DNA from: a virus
Lineage: Duplodnaviria; Caudoviricetes
Strand: one strand, 5' to 3'
IMG/VR virus record: IMGVR_UViG_3300033153_003505
Span: 1 to 51,630 of that record
Length of the DNA stretch: 51,630 bases
The position numbers and the translations under genes were made by a program. Positions 21,301 to 28,882 of this stretch are shown piece by piece. Position 1 is the stretch's first letter, and each line of letters begins with the position of its first letter. The notes below the pieces were generated by a model. It saw nothing but the letters and a program-made list of their open reading frames with translations. It was not told the origin of the DNA and searched no databases.

Positions 21301-24136
21301 TATATTCTTTAAAGCGCATAAACATAGCGGCAAGTGCAATTGGGGATGATTGTTGTACAATAAAGTTACCGTATTTGCTTATGTCACCTAGGTCACGTAG
21401 ATTATTAGCACCATTAATATCACCCTGCACCGTTAATATGTTTTGTGCTAGGTTGTTATAGTGATTACGAATCGTGCCAAGTGTTAATAACGTTGTGTTC
21501 TCATTGAACATGTTACTTGATAAGTTAGTTGGAATTTCGTAGTACCCATCTTTACTAATGTCGTTGCTAATTACTTTTAGTTGCAATTCAGCATCTTCCG
21601 GAATGGTATTTAAAAATGTAATAACATTCGCAGTTACTTCGTACTCGTCCGGAGTAATAAATGCACCATTAGCAGTGATTCTAACGGCAGGGATTAATAA
21701 ACCATCTTCCGGTGTAATATCTAATATTACAGGTTCGCCTGTATATACCAAATCAATAACTTGTGCCTGGCGTGACTGTTCAATTGATTTAACCCAACCA
21801 ATTGCATTTGTATGTTCAATCCGGGTGTTGTATTTTCTAGCAAAGCCATTACTAATTGGTGTGTCGGCAAGTGACACACTATCTTCTACATACAAGAACG
21901 TGTCGTTGTACATATTATTTTCAAAAACAATATCGCCTAGGTTATCAATGTTTAAATATCTTAACGGGAAGCCAAGCACTGTATCATTTGCACCAGTGCC
22001 TTCGGCATAGCTGAATAACTTACTGCCAGTGAACGTAGTGCTTGAGTATGCGTTAATATCACCAAGCGAATTACCGTTAGTATCGAATATATCAAACAAC
22101 GGTGCCTGGTTAACAGACGTTTTAGCTTGTGACTCTACCCAAGCAGTACCATCAAATGTGTACGTTGTACCTTGTTGAGTAAATCCTTTTGCAACTACAA
22201 CAATATCATTTTCTTCACTATCACTATCATCTGCCAGGACTAAGTTTAAAGTTTCGTTACCGTCATTGTTAACATCAATAAACTCAACTAAGAAAATCTT
22301 GTCTCTAACAGTTGGGTCGGCGTCGTTAGAAAAGATAATACGACTACCGTCTATTAATTTATATCCATCAACTGTGTAACCCAGCGATCCATTAATGTTT
22401 GACATTGCGTCGAGCTCGGCAAAGTCAATAATATCAACAAGTTGCTTACCGTACGTTCCGTAATTAAATAAACGCAAATCTGCATCGAACTCAATGATTG
22501 GGCGAGATGCTCTATTGTTATTATCGATATCTACTACAGTGTTGTTATATTCTGCGGTTGCTGTGATAACATCTAAGTGGAACCATCTGTTGCTGCGAGA
22601 CCATGCATTTTTATCTAGGCTAGATCTATTAATAGTAATATAATCTAACTCAGTTGGTGCATTTAATGTTCCATCCATCGCCGTTGTATCCCAAGCCGAG
22701 ATGTCCCACGGGACAGTAAAACTTGTGGCATACGTCTCTGGCACTTGTAAATCGTTAACTAGCACCAAGCGTATTGATGTACCAACCCCTTCTACAATAT
22801 AATCACTTCTATCGTATTCTTCTGGAGATACTACACCACGAAATCGTACTTTAAGTCCGTTTGTAAATACTACCCCATTTGGACTTGTATAAGTTGGTCT
22901 GCCAAGTATATCGTCTATATCTAAAATTGCGGATGACTCATTATCAACTACACTAATAACACCAAAACGATTTGGGTTAGTTGCATCTTGATAATATAAA
23001 GTATCTAGCGATGCTGTTTCAAGCGGTACTTGTTCAAAGTATCCGTCGGAGTCTTTAAAGAAACCTACGTTACTGTATAGCGCACCATATAGTATTGTGA
23101 ACTTTTCAAAAATCGTAATTTGTTGCAGTGGAATTAATCTAACATATATGTCGCCTAGTACGTCTTCAAGATAAATTCTAAAAATTTGGTATCTGTCTTC
23201 TTGGTTAGTTAACGGTAACCCGTCGTTAACCCAACCCAAGTCAACTGCATCGCCTGGCGTGTCGTCTAAGAAGATAACAGTCTTGTTATCAATGTTTTGT
23301 ATGCCGGCTATCTCGCTAACATCATCAAGCAACTGATCAGCTATTGTATCCATACGCCTATCAGTCGCTATATCAACGTTGCCTATGCTTGTTAAGTTAT
23401 GATAGAAACTTTGTGCATCACTAGCCGGAACATTGAATTGAATTGTGCCGTTGTCTTCGCCGTTGTTTGTAACTCCAACAATGTCTCTACTGCTGATATT
23501 ATCTGCCCACGGTACTGTACCGTCTAGCCCTGGATGTGTTTGAATATAAAAAGGACTGCCAGTCTGATCTAGATTGAAGTTATACGAACCTCCGCGTAAC
23601 ACTGTAATAACAGGGTTTGCAACGTTAAATCCTTCAATTGAAAACGAATTTGCATTTGCAGTAATTTCAAAATCGTTTGTTAGCAACACACTTGATGCTG
23701 CTACATCAACACTGTCAGGACCATTCGGTAACCAAAAGTATTGAGAGTAGTTTACAAACTTGTCAAAATCAATAAGCGGTGACCAGCTATACATGTCAGA
23801 TTTAAATAAGCGATCGTGATTATCAACATTGGCGCCAGTAGTTGCTAGGCCATCTAATAGACCCAGGTACGTTAACGCGTCAACAGTGTCACCGTTCTCG
23901 TCTTTAAATATAACTCCTGGCTCAAGTTGATAGTTAGTTCTTCTTTCTGTCAACTCATCAATATATCCATCAGTTGATGACTTACCCGGAGCATTTATAC
24001 GACCAATGTAACCTTGAGTTTGTTTTAACTTTGGTTCTTGAATCAATTGATCAAGAGTTGAGTTTAAAAACTTTCTGTTAGTTGGTGTTTGAAAGATCTC
24101 TGGTAGAAAATCTACACTGCGAATTCTATCTGCCAT
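12347..24136 (-). CDS. Giant multidomain baseplate/tail structural protein (3929 aa)
   Basis: Single uninterrupted acidic ORF directly after the gp6-like gene. It has FG-GAP-like repeats (FGxSV...LVVG), PGTGYTxAPTI repeats and FD/WD-rich segments. Confidence 0.8.
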   Translation of the reverse strand: MADRIRSVDFLPEIFQTPTNRKFLNSTLDQLIQEPKLKQTQGYIGRINAPGKSSTDGYIDELTERRTNYQLEPGVIFKDENGDTVDALTYLGLLDGLATTGANVDNHDRLFKSDMYSWSPLIDFDKFVNYSQYFWLPNGPDSVDVAASSVLLTNDFEITANANSFSIEGFNVANPVITVLRGGSYNFNLDQTGSPFYIQTHPGLDGTVPWADNISSRDIVGVTNNGEDNGTIQFNVPASDAQSFYHNLTSIGNVDIATDRRMDTIADQLLDDVSEIAGIQNIDNKTVIFLDDTPGDAVDLGWVNDGLPLTNQEDRYQIFRIYLEDVLGDIYVRLIPLQQITIFEKFTILYGALYSNVGFFKDSDGYFEQVPLETASLDTLYYQDATNPNRFGVISVVDNESSAILDIDDILGRPTYTSPNGVVFTNGLKVRFRGVVSPEEYDRSDYIVEGVGTSIRLVLVNDLQVPETYATSFTVPWDISAWDTTAMDGTLNAPTELDYITINRSSLDKNAWSRSNRWFHLDVITATAEYNNTVVDIDNNNRASRPIIEFDADLRLFNYGTYGKQLVDIIDFAELDAMSNINGSLGYTVDGYKLIDGSRIIFSNDADPTVRDKIFLVEFIDVNNDGNETLNLVLADDSDSEENDIVVVAKGFTQQGTTYTFDGTAWVESQAKTSVNQAPLFDIFDTNGNSLGDINAYSSTTFTGSKLFSYAEGTGANDTVLGFPLRYLNIDNLGDIVFENNMYNDTFLYVEDSVSLADTPISNGFARKYNTRIEHTNAIGWVKSIEQSRQAQVIDLVYTGEPVILDITPEDGLLIPAVRITANGAFITPDEYEVTANVITFLNTIPEDAELQLKVISNDISKDGYYEIPTNLSSNMFNENTTLLTLGTIRNHYNNLAQNILTVQGDINGANNLRDLGDISKYGNFIVQQSSPIALAAMFMRFKEYNFFSSVDFASRQYEKFKNQLTDWVEKHDIFGMTPGDILDNAIKDINTGKTVDSSYYWSDMLPSGSDYETTEYLVTAISTGTFTTLNTYDFLTANTQAILVYHNGILLTKDTDYSVATDGPRINVSVEILPDDVIRINEYNTTLGAIVPSTPTKLGLFPKYKPLIFTDDTYTNPVDVVRGHDGSITTSFGKDNDGNNDIRDLVLLEFEKRIYNNIKVNDVIPIEPADIMPGAFRVTDYADQEILEVLSPILLSWLGWNRIDYKKQDYNQAEDKTWNYSASTDKLTNASIEQGHWRGIYIDYYDTDAPHERPWEMVGLAERPDWWTLRYGPAPYTSGNLVLWDDMEAGLIKDPANEHVDERYVRPGLTQILPVDGEGHLLMPLESLIAGYSAYDFKKSWKVSDVAPAESAWRKSSAWPFAMQTLYALTRPAQYFALMSDRDRYVYDAVSEQYLYDSRLRIDVRDIELLDENTVKHSYINWVIDYNKHFGYESLAKLKTDLSNLNVNLCHHMASFTDKNNLKIFTDKSSPDSTNNSLLLPDESYKLLMYKNQPLDEIIYSSIVVQKVADGYAVIGNSFTDPYFKIQSSVNTGRFDTIAVGRTNAATSSIRVPLDFADSIEYIPYGHVFTSKQAIGEFIVSYNEYLIRSGLKFEERENTQAVNWVQMVQEFLYWADQGWAVNSIINLNPAATALEFERELHIVDDLTNLELTEQPLNQNREPLDISDYVVDRIDNNFKLQMIDGNIISYLKFNLTSFEHLLILDNVSIFNDLIYDPVTGVRQHRVKLSGFTTYDWNGQLDAQGFLYNEDNVKTWTQVSTYNKGDIVKFKNSYWSASEKVQPSETFDYGQWVKTDYNSINKGLLPNLATKSDQMLQYYNNKTANLESDVDLMAFGLTGFRSRDYLRSLDLDDISQINIYSDMIENKGTVDSLNLFVDAELNKETVDYTIFENWAIKRASYGATSNRSYIELKLDEDSLTTNPSLVEIVDSVADASVSDLLIPVANIYKQSEKNTNKNIFPTCSEQNLDTALPTAGFVDVDDVDIAVFDISEIDVTSDVSEGTLIWVARDTETDWNVYRAIKQDPIVISVTDNLDDTLTLVTNIAHNFAANDTIVVLDFDELVDGTHKVLRVFDSINIVIAGALAKNQTCILDGTGIILQFGSARVDVPSSIAGSVFDNNIHTPETVWVANDGGQPATYKKTRPFIYSDEEINPNGVTAEFGQSVSQGYANSGLLVGDPATGEAHFYNKDGVGNYTWKLPLSLNSNSNISRYGNDVVLIEAWGAITAPGDVSTPGIVAIANRNRTLDNVIETQLLVSPDQTLGSTLGDGFGLSIAMSKDENWVFVGEPDNNKVHSYQKIDYETQQVSFIADGATLQYDITSDIVISAENEINVTVNGVLLDYASDYDYVAPNIILTTLPDAGDTVVISRKDTVVYGGDTIEDTFAVVDLFALDGLYSIIVKVDAIIQRPIIDYTLVGTAVVFATAPASGTANISISLGTTFRFISSIVGTLGSSDRFGAEIDVTENSSHIVITAPGTGTDTGNAYIIDRVVERFVISDANDLTYSSTRTALGSVFNNGKQLIKEGANLNYEYSITGNVVTLEPGAVKVGDFLEIDTTEFKLIQLVAAETPTVGATFGNAVTICKAKCSVYFGAENDLDGKGSVTRYINQPRMFGYITSTIQNPTIPASSSIRIDNVEVALPAGGSSEDVADAINLITIPNVRASFQDGYLTIELINKEVQSIANKLDVLPGETVTLADLGLTPYYVDQTITSPVDATQDQHFGNSLHIDLDLNQLVVGAVDGNATDILAVVDQETSFDSTAVTMDNASTVLGSGVVYTYDLLNDGDVFTGGKLVFGQQVIVTSIAPGDDFGSAVSLVDGILVVGSVGYDSDIGRIVVFRNTTNSRSWNATNIRNGIVDVDLINSTYIYNSNTMNVSRYLDYIDPLNGKVLGAASQNLDFITVYDPTVYGDTNIGLLWGKEQVGKIWWDVSTVRFLDYNIGDAKQASKLWGKVFNGSTIDVYQWVESNVPPSEYTGTGTVLDENKFITIANVKKSGIVNNSYYYWVNGVETISVNSEKTLSASAIASYIESPSSSGVSYAAFIAPNTIGLYNCNDIIQNTDSVIYVEYDRTKNDSNVFVEYDLFRENHPIDFLSDGLFKKLQDSFAGVDSLGNLVPDVGLSPADRFGIDFRPRKSMFVDRYAALSSYMKKVNGILIKYTVAESQPYTLLNSEEAMPSDTSGEWDEQIFNNEELSFQDLATVPAGYSYLLETDENSGGLWAIYEVTPAKTLQLKRVQSYDTKRFWDLVNWNAEDFNPLTSVDYVVNEFTELSTLNGIENNAIAKVVHNSIGSWEIYRLVDGVWDRVALENGTIQFNEVLWNYELGRYGWDIEVFGAQNFDEEPVIELRQIIRSINEEILIDDLAIERSRAILSVFNYILAEQPHVDWLYKTSLIDVTQKVRSLSQYDVYQKDNQDYLIDYIKETKPYHTKVKDFLLSYDGIDYVNGTVTDFDCPSTYDAEFDQYISPILDDGATLVTDPSNKLATDEVWQTAPWKEWFANYQLTIEDVIITNPGTGYTVAPTIEVTGESLTPATMTARVDVSGLVVEINIVDPGSGYSETPTITFVGGNGADAKALAVMNNELVRTFNTSVKYDRYEYETNIVAWEADTAYDVDQLVKVDNDVYRIIDTAPATTFNPDLHELVNIESLSGIDRTTGFYVSDVNSPGLDLSLLINGIAYPGVEVDGVGFDQNTGFDLSTFDTVPFDNFDIGPEGFPTYSDDLIDAIYESQFLDTFLGTSPTDINVDGGEFIDTYHSHAPEELVPGAIFDTLDIKVFDTFTGTSFRLFKDMRDSVAMYKMSDTFLTQDLSDTDDIIYVDDASVLGTPDLAMAKFGILIINGERITYRERDLLNNTVSGLRRGTAGTGIPSLHTTNDVVYDVSAQGLVPGTARIISNDTTEAADSIWYAPGTNSDDGFEVKLENQTTLQAVFIKS

Positions 24137-24139
24137 TTA

Positions 24140-27100
24140 TTAACCTGCCTTAGTCTGTATGTTGCTTGCTGTTAACGCATCAATAATTGTTACATCGTCA
24201 ACAGTTGCCGCACTTGTAAAAATTTCGTACGGTGCTGATTTAATTTCGTATAAGTCGCCAAACGTCTTAGATGGATCTTTTGACGTAATAACAATTGATG
24301 CCACTGTATCACCTAATTGCGAATGTATAAAAGCTGCCAATTCTGAGAAGTAAAATGTATCTCCGAAGTCCCAGTTATCAATATCAAAATATTCATTAAT
24401 GGTTGATATCACGCTACTTTTAATTTCACTATCACTAGTGGTTGTGTTACTAACTTTAACCACTTTAATAAAAGCCTGTAACTGTGTGTCTGCCTTATTA
24501 CCAAACAACGGTTTAAACACAACACTACTTAAAACCATATTGTCACTAATCATTTTGCTTTCTTGCAAATCGTCGTATTGTACAGACAATTCATCAGTTG
24601 TTGGAACAGCTGGTTCCTCAACTGAATTAGTAACATCCTGAATGTATCTAAGGTGTGAGTCGTAATAATTTGCAGTTACAACATACACGTCGATAATGTT
24701 TGTTACACTTGGGTTAATACGTCTAGTCTCCGGACTGTTATGCCTGTACTGGAAGTGTAAATTGTCACGCCCAATCTTAGCAGTATAATCAAATCGTTCT
24801 ATTAATTCTCTTATAGTTCCGTTTTCAACTTGCAATTCAAAGAACTTGTCTTCAGCAGTTGCATAAAATATCTGCCCAGCAACATGTTCTGTTTTAACTA
24901 ATGCAATGTCGCCTTCTGTTTCATATTCATCATTAATCGTTGCTGATGTTACTGGCAGCAGTCTTTCTAAGTTGTCAAAGTCGACAGTTGATTGGAAGTA
25001 AACATTTCTGTTTAAGTTAATTCCCGACTCATCAACTATTAGTTTAAAGTAGTCTGGATTATCTGCAATGCCATCGTTGTCAAAATCAGTAAAACTAACT
25101 TCTACATTGTAATCATTTACATAGCCATCTGGTTCAACACTTTGATCAATAATATCCATTACTACATCGGATGACAGCGGATTATGTGAGCCATCTGGCT
25201 TGGTGTTTATTTTTAGTACGTTAATGAAATCATTAACAATTTGTCCGGATCTTGGATCAAATATCTTACGACTATTATCATAAAAGAATCTTGTTTCTAA
25301 GATGCTTGCGAAGAAATAGTTTAATGCTCTAGTAGAAACAGTATAACCTTCCGGCGTTGAAATAAACTTAACCATCCAGCTTGCGTCTGCATTTGTATTT
25401 GATGTTGACTGTGCATTTGACAAGCTAAATTCGCTTGTGTCATCTAAGTTGTCTGCACTAATAACATACCAAATATTATTTAAATGATCAAAACCAATTC
25501 CAAAGTTACGTAGTAACTCCACTTGTGTTAACATTTCTTGTTCAATAACAACCGATAAGTCCGAATTAAACAATGGTATAATTTCTTCTGCTTCGGCGCC
25601 TGTTGGAACAAAGTTGTTTATCTTAACAGGGCCTACAGTATTACCCGGCGCTGCGGCGCCACTTAATGTACCTTCAACCTCAACACTTGTAATTGTTGTC
25701 CATATCTCAGTTTTGTCGCCAGCGTGATTTGATACTCCTGCTTGCAATCTATTGTTTTCATCAAAATGTAAACCAGCTGGTGCAACAAACTTAACTAACG
25801 ACTGTGGCAATAAGTGCTGTCTGTTATCATTAACAAACGGCCCAATTGCTCGAGCATTGCCTTCAGAGTTTTTAAAGTAACCAGATGTCTCATTTGTTAT
25901 TGTTGTATTCTGTTGCCAAATTAAACGTGTAATTTCGCCTGCTGCTGGTAATGCAACACGGGTAAAGTTTTCATAGTAAAACTGGATTGTTCCACGACTG
26001 CCTAGTAGTGGTTCAACTTGATTTCTAAATACGGAGTCAATGTCATTTCTATCATTGAATGTAAAATTAAATGTTGTTAAGTTTGTGTCTTTATAAATTA
26101 GTCCATCACTAGCGTATGCATTAATGCTACTGTACTTGCCGGTTGGGTCAACTAAATCTAAGTAACGACTTGCTCCGATGTTTGTTCTGTTAATTGCTTT
26201 ACTTTTTGTAATGCTACTATGCGCGGTGTACGGAAAGTTGTTATAGTCTTCGCCGTTAACCATTCTGTTTTGTGTGTAAAAACGTGCTGGGGCTCTGCGT
26301 TTAATATCGTCAATACTTTCATTGCCTTTCGCATTTGAGATAGGTTGTTGCAATCCAATAGTAAGAGTAAGCGTCTCATCGCGTCCAGTCTTGCTAGTGT
26401 AACTTATGTTAACGTCAATGTTCTGAATCTCTTCAGGGTTGATAACATATTCTAGGCCGTTGCTTTCGCGTATATATGTGCGAAAATCACCAATTGGTAT
26501 TTCACTAAACACACCGTCACCAAAGTTAAATGCAATCTGATCATTTACTCTGCTTGTAACGCTAAAGAACTTGCGCTGACCGGCAGCGAGCTGTGTATTG
26601 TTTGAAGTGTATACGTTACTAACTTCATCCCATTCTTCCGTGCCTGATGATGTAGTTGCATCAGTTTTAAATAACCAAACATCATCATTATTGATGCCAG
26701 GAATATCAATGTCAATTGATATGTTGGCAATGCGTTCACTAAGTGTAAAATCTTGTGTTTGTAATGTGCCTTGTTTAAAGTAGAAAAAGTATCCGGTATT
26801 CGGACTAGCAAAGCCTTGATTATCGTTTCTGTATAATAAGTTAAGTTGGCCGTTTGCGCTTGGTGCAGGTTCGTATATGCTGTCCTTGCCAATGGATGTA
26901 CCATTAACAATTTCAAAATCCATTACAGAACCATCAACGGTTGCAGAGAACGGGACAACAGGCAAGAAGCCATCCGACATATTAATTTCATATTCGTCTG
27001 TTCTAATGCCAACAATGTTTGCAGTACGGCCCGGCTGACCAATCTTTTGACTATTAATAAGTGCCGCACTTAGAATCGTTGTAAGCTGTTCTTGCCAATC

Positions 27101-27550
27101 ATCATTGGTTTTGTCATTCCAGCGAATTGCAACATTACCGAGATTGTTTTTATTGTAGTCTACAATGTTTTCTGTAGTGGAAGCTGCAAGTATCTTAAGA
27201 TAGCCGCGCGCGGTCTCGTTACGCTTTGGAGTATATCCAACTAACGTAGCTAGGTTGTTAACGCTGTCGCGTCTTTCTGCGGTATCTAAGAAGTTTTCGC
27301 GTGTATTTAAATCGCTTCTGAATGCTAAAGACTGTCCCATGAATGCCATTAAATCAAGTAACGCAATGTATTCAGAGCTTTCAGTGTAATCATTAAACGT
27401 TTCTGGATGATGCTGACGCAAGTAATCTACAAATGTTTTGCGGATTGTTTCAAAGTTGTAACTTTGTAGGTCGGCTTCTTTGTAGGTCTTATAGATTCGC
27501 TGCCAATCTTCCGTACCAAATATTGCCGTTTGTCTAGAGGTCTTTGCCAT
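24140..27550 (-). CDS. Baseplate wedge subunit, T4 gp6-like
   Basis: N-terminal FETIRKTFVDYLR...ENFLDTAERRDSV...LVGY, plus FGDGVF and ESIDDIKRRAP...QNRMVNGEDY, characteristic of gp6/baseplate J. Confidence 0.85.
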   Translation of the reverse strand: MAKTSRQTAIFGTEDWQRIYKTYKEADLQSYNFETIRKTFVDYLRQHHPETFNDYTESSEYIALLDLMAFMGQSLAFRSDLNTRENFLDTAERRDSVNNLATLVGYTPKRNETARGYLKILAASTTENIVDYNKNNLGNVAIRWNDKTNDDWQEQLTTILSAALINSQKIGQPGRTANIVGIRTDEYEINMSDGFLPVVPFSATVDGSVMDFEIVNGTSIGKDSIYEPAPSANGQLNLLYRNDNQGFASPNTGYFFYFKQGTLQTQDFTLSERIANISIDIDIPGINNDDVWLFKTDATTSSGTEEWDEVSNVYTSNNTQLAAGQRKFFSVTSRVNDQIAFNFGDGVFSEIPIGDFRTYIRESNGLEYVINPEEIQNIDVNISYTSKTGRDETLTLTIGLQQPISNAKGNESIDDIKRRAPARFYTQNRMVNGEDYNNFPYTAHSSITKSKAINRTNIGASRYLDLVDPTGKYSSINAYASDGLIYKDTNLTTFNFTFNDRNDIDSVFRNQVEPLLGSRGTIQFYYENFTRVALPAAGEITRLIWQQNTTITNETSGYFKNSEGNARAIGPFVNDNRQHLLPQSLVKFVAPAGLHFDENNRLQAGVSNHAGDKTEIWTTITSVEVEGTLSGAAAPGNTVGPVKINNFVPTGAEAEEIIPLFNSDLSVVIEQEMLTQVELLRNFGIGFDHLNNIWYVISADNLDDTSEFSLSNAQSTSNTNADASWMVKFISTPEGYTVSTRALNYFFASILETRFFYDNSRKIFDPRSGQIVNDFINVLKINTKPDGSHNPLSSDVVMDIIDQSVEPDGYVNDYNVEVSFTDFDNDGIADNPDYFKLIVDESGINLNRNVYFQSTVDFDNLERLLPVTSATINDEYETEGDIALVKTEHVAGQIFYATAEDKFFELQVENGTIRELIERFDYTAKIGRDNLHFQYRHNSPETRRINPSVTNIIDVYVVTANYYDSHLRYIQDVTNSVEEPAVPTTDELSVQYDDLQESKMISDNMVLSSVVFKPLFGNKADTQLQAFIKVVKVSNTTTSDSEIKSSVISTINEYFDIDNWDFGDTFYFSELAAFIHSQLGDTVASIVITSKDPSKTFGDLYEIKSAPYEIFTSAATVDDVTIIDALTASNIQTKAG

Positions 27551-27577
27551 AAAATATGATTCTCTTAATGTTTCAAC

Positions 27578-27585
27578 TATTTATG
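27578..27585 (-). promoter_or_regulatory. Late promoter-like box CATAAATA
   Basis: Intergenic, upstream of the gp6-like gene. Confidence 0.5.
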
Positions 27586-27613
27586 GAAAAGTATAAACAG
27601 CGTACTTTAAGAG

Positions 27614-27988
27614 TTAAGCAATAGTGGCGGTTTGCGTATCCTGTATGAACGTTATGTAAAAGTCTTCTGTACTTCTTTCCGGTAGTAAACTAACCGAAGC
27701 ATGTACCCTGATAGTGTTAACTGCATTTGTAATTACAATGTCGTGTATCTCTATGCGTTGATCTAAACCAATGATACGACGAATTTCATTTTCAATCTTG
27801 CTAGACGTTAGCGAATCATTTGGGTCAAACAGATAATCCCAAACTCGGGTTCCAACTTCTGGACGTCCCGGCAATGTACCAGCGCGTATTAGAAGCGCAT
27901 TAAGTAAGTCGCGCTTAATGAGATCGCGATCTGTTAGTGTGAATTTTTTAACTTTGTCTATTGTGCTAAACCCTTTAAAATTTGGCAT
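27614..27988 (-). CDS. Baseplate wedge protein, gp25/GPW family
   Basis: LIKRDLLNALLIRAG...PEVGTRVWDYLFDP...IRRII..DQRI. Confidence 0.85.
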   Translation of the reverse strand: MPNFKGFSTIDKVKKFTLTDRDLIKRDLLNALLIRAGTLPGRPEVGTRVWDYLFDPNDSLTSSKIENEIRRIIGLDQRIEIHDIVITNAVNTIRVHASVSLLPERSTEDFYITFIQDTQTATIA

Positions 27989-28881
27989 TATGAATCTCCC
28001 GAGCAGGCGTTATAGTCTTTAGGACTAAGGGCCGATAACTTACTTGATACATCACTAAGTGATGTTGATATGCCACTTAGTGATGTTGGAATGTCACTTA
28101 GTGATGTTGGCACAGGAAGCCCTTTCCTTAAGGCTTGCGCTGCCACTGCTGCCAAAGCTGCGATCTCGGCAGGAGATTGTATTCTAAGGCTTCCTACTAG
28201 TTTATCAACACCAGCATCGATGTTGGCGGTGTCAATTGTTCCAATGGCTAAATCTGGTAACTTGACAGTGGCTGCTCCAATGCCTTTTAATTTACCTAAA
28301 ATGTCTGCACTTTTAATAACTGTCAACACTGCTCCAAACTTAGCAATGTTTCCGATTTTATCCATTGCAGAATTTAAAGCATCTGACACAGTGCCTAATA
28401 GTTTAGCCTTAATATTTGCTGGCGAAAACTTTGCAGCCATTCCAGCTAATGCAGCTAACTCTGCGGCGGTTTCGTTTCCGGTTATAACTCCCTGAAAACG
28501 TAAGTCACATACATTTGTTACCATAACTTTATTAATTAGTTCACGCTGCAATTCTTCGTTATTTAATAAATCATCAACACTAGTTACACCGTATTTGCCT
28601 GTAAATACCGATGGATCAGCTAACACTGCCGCAAGATCTAATGGCGAGTACGAAACGTTAAGCCCTTTCTTTACAACACCTGTTTGCTGCAAGTCTTGTA
28701 GCGTAAGTCCATACGATCCTAGCCCATCTACTGTAATTACATTTGAAGCCTGCTCCGTGTCCTTTGCTAGTCCTGCTAATATACCAGCGGTTTCGTCAAT
28801 TGACAAATTAGGTACGGCATTAATTGTACCATCAGCTGATAATACTTCGACTACATCTTTAATTTCAACTACACAACTCAT
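27988..28881 (-). CDS. Hypothetical baseplate-associated protein
   Basis: ORF between the gp5-like and gp25-like genes. The start is set at ATG 28881, just after the gp5 stop. Confidence 0.6.
   Translation of the reverse strand: MSCVVEIKDVVEVLSADGTINAVPNLSIDETAGILAGLAKDTEQASNVITVDGLGSYGLTLQDLQQTGVVKKGLNVSYSPLDLAAVLADPSVFTGKYGVTSVDDLLNNEELQRELINKVMVTNVCDLRFQGVITGNETAAELAALAGMAAKFSPANIKAKLLGTVSDALNSAMDKIGNIAKFGAVLTVIKSADILGKLKGIGAATVKLPDLAIGTIDTANIDAGVDKLVGSLRIQSPAEIAALAAVAAQALRKGLPVPTSLSDIPTSLSGISTSLSDVSSKLSALSPKDYNACSGDS
28051..28112. repeat. Three copies of a 21-bp tandem repeat encoding PTSLSDI/PTSLSGI/STSLSDV
   Basis: CACT(A/T)AGTGATGTTG at 28053, 28074 and 28095. Confidence 0.8.
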
Positions 28882-28882
28882 A

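Noticed and set aside
28051-28112. The 21-bp repeats as a mini-CRISPR or iterons
   Set aside because: They are in-frame coding repeats with no unique spacers.
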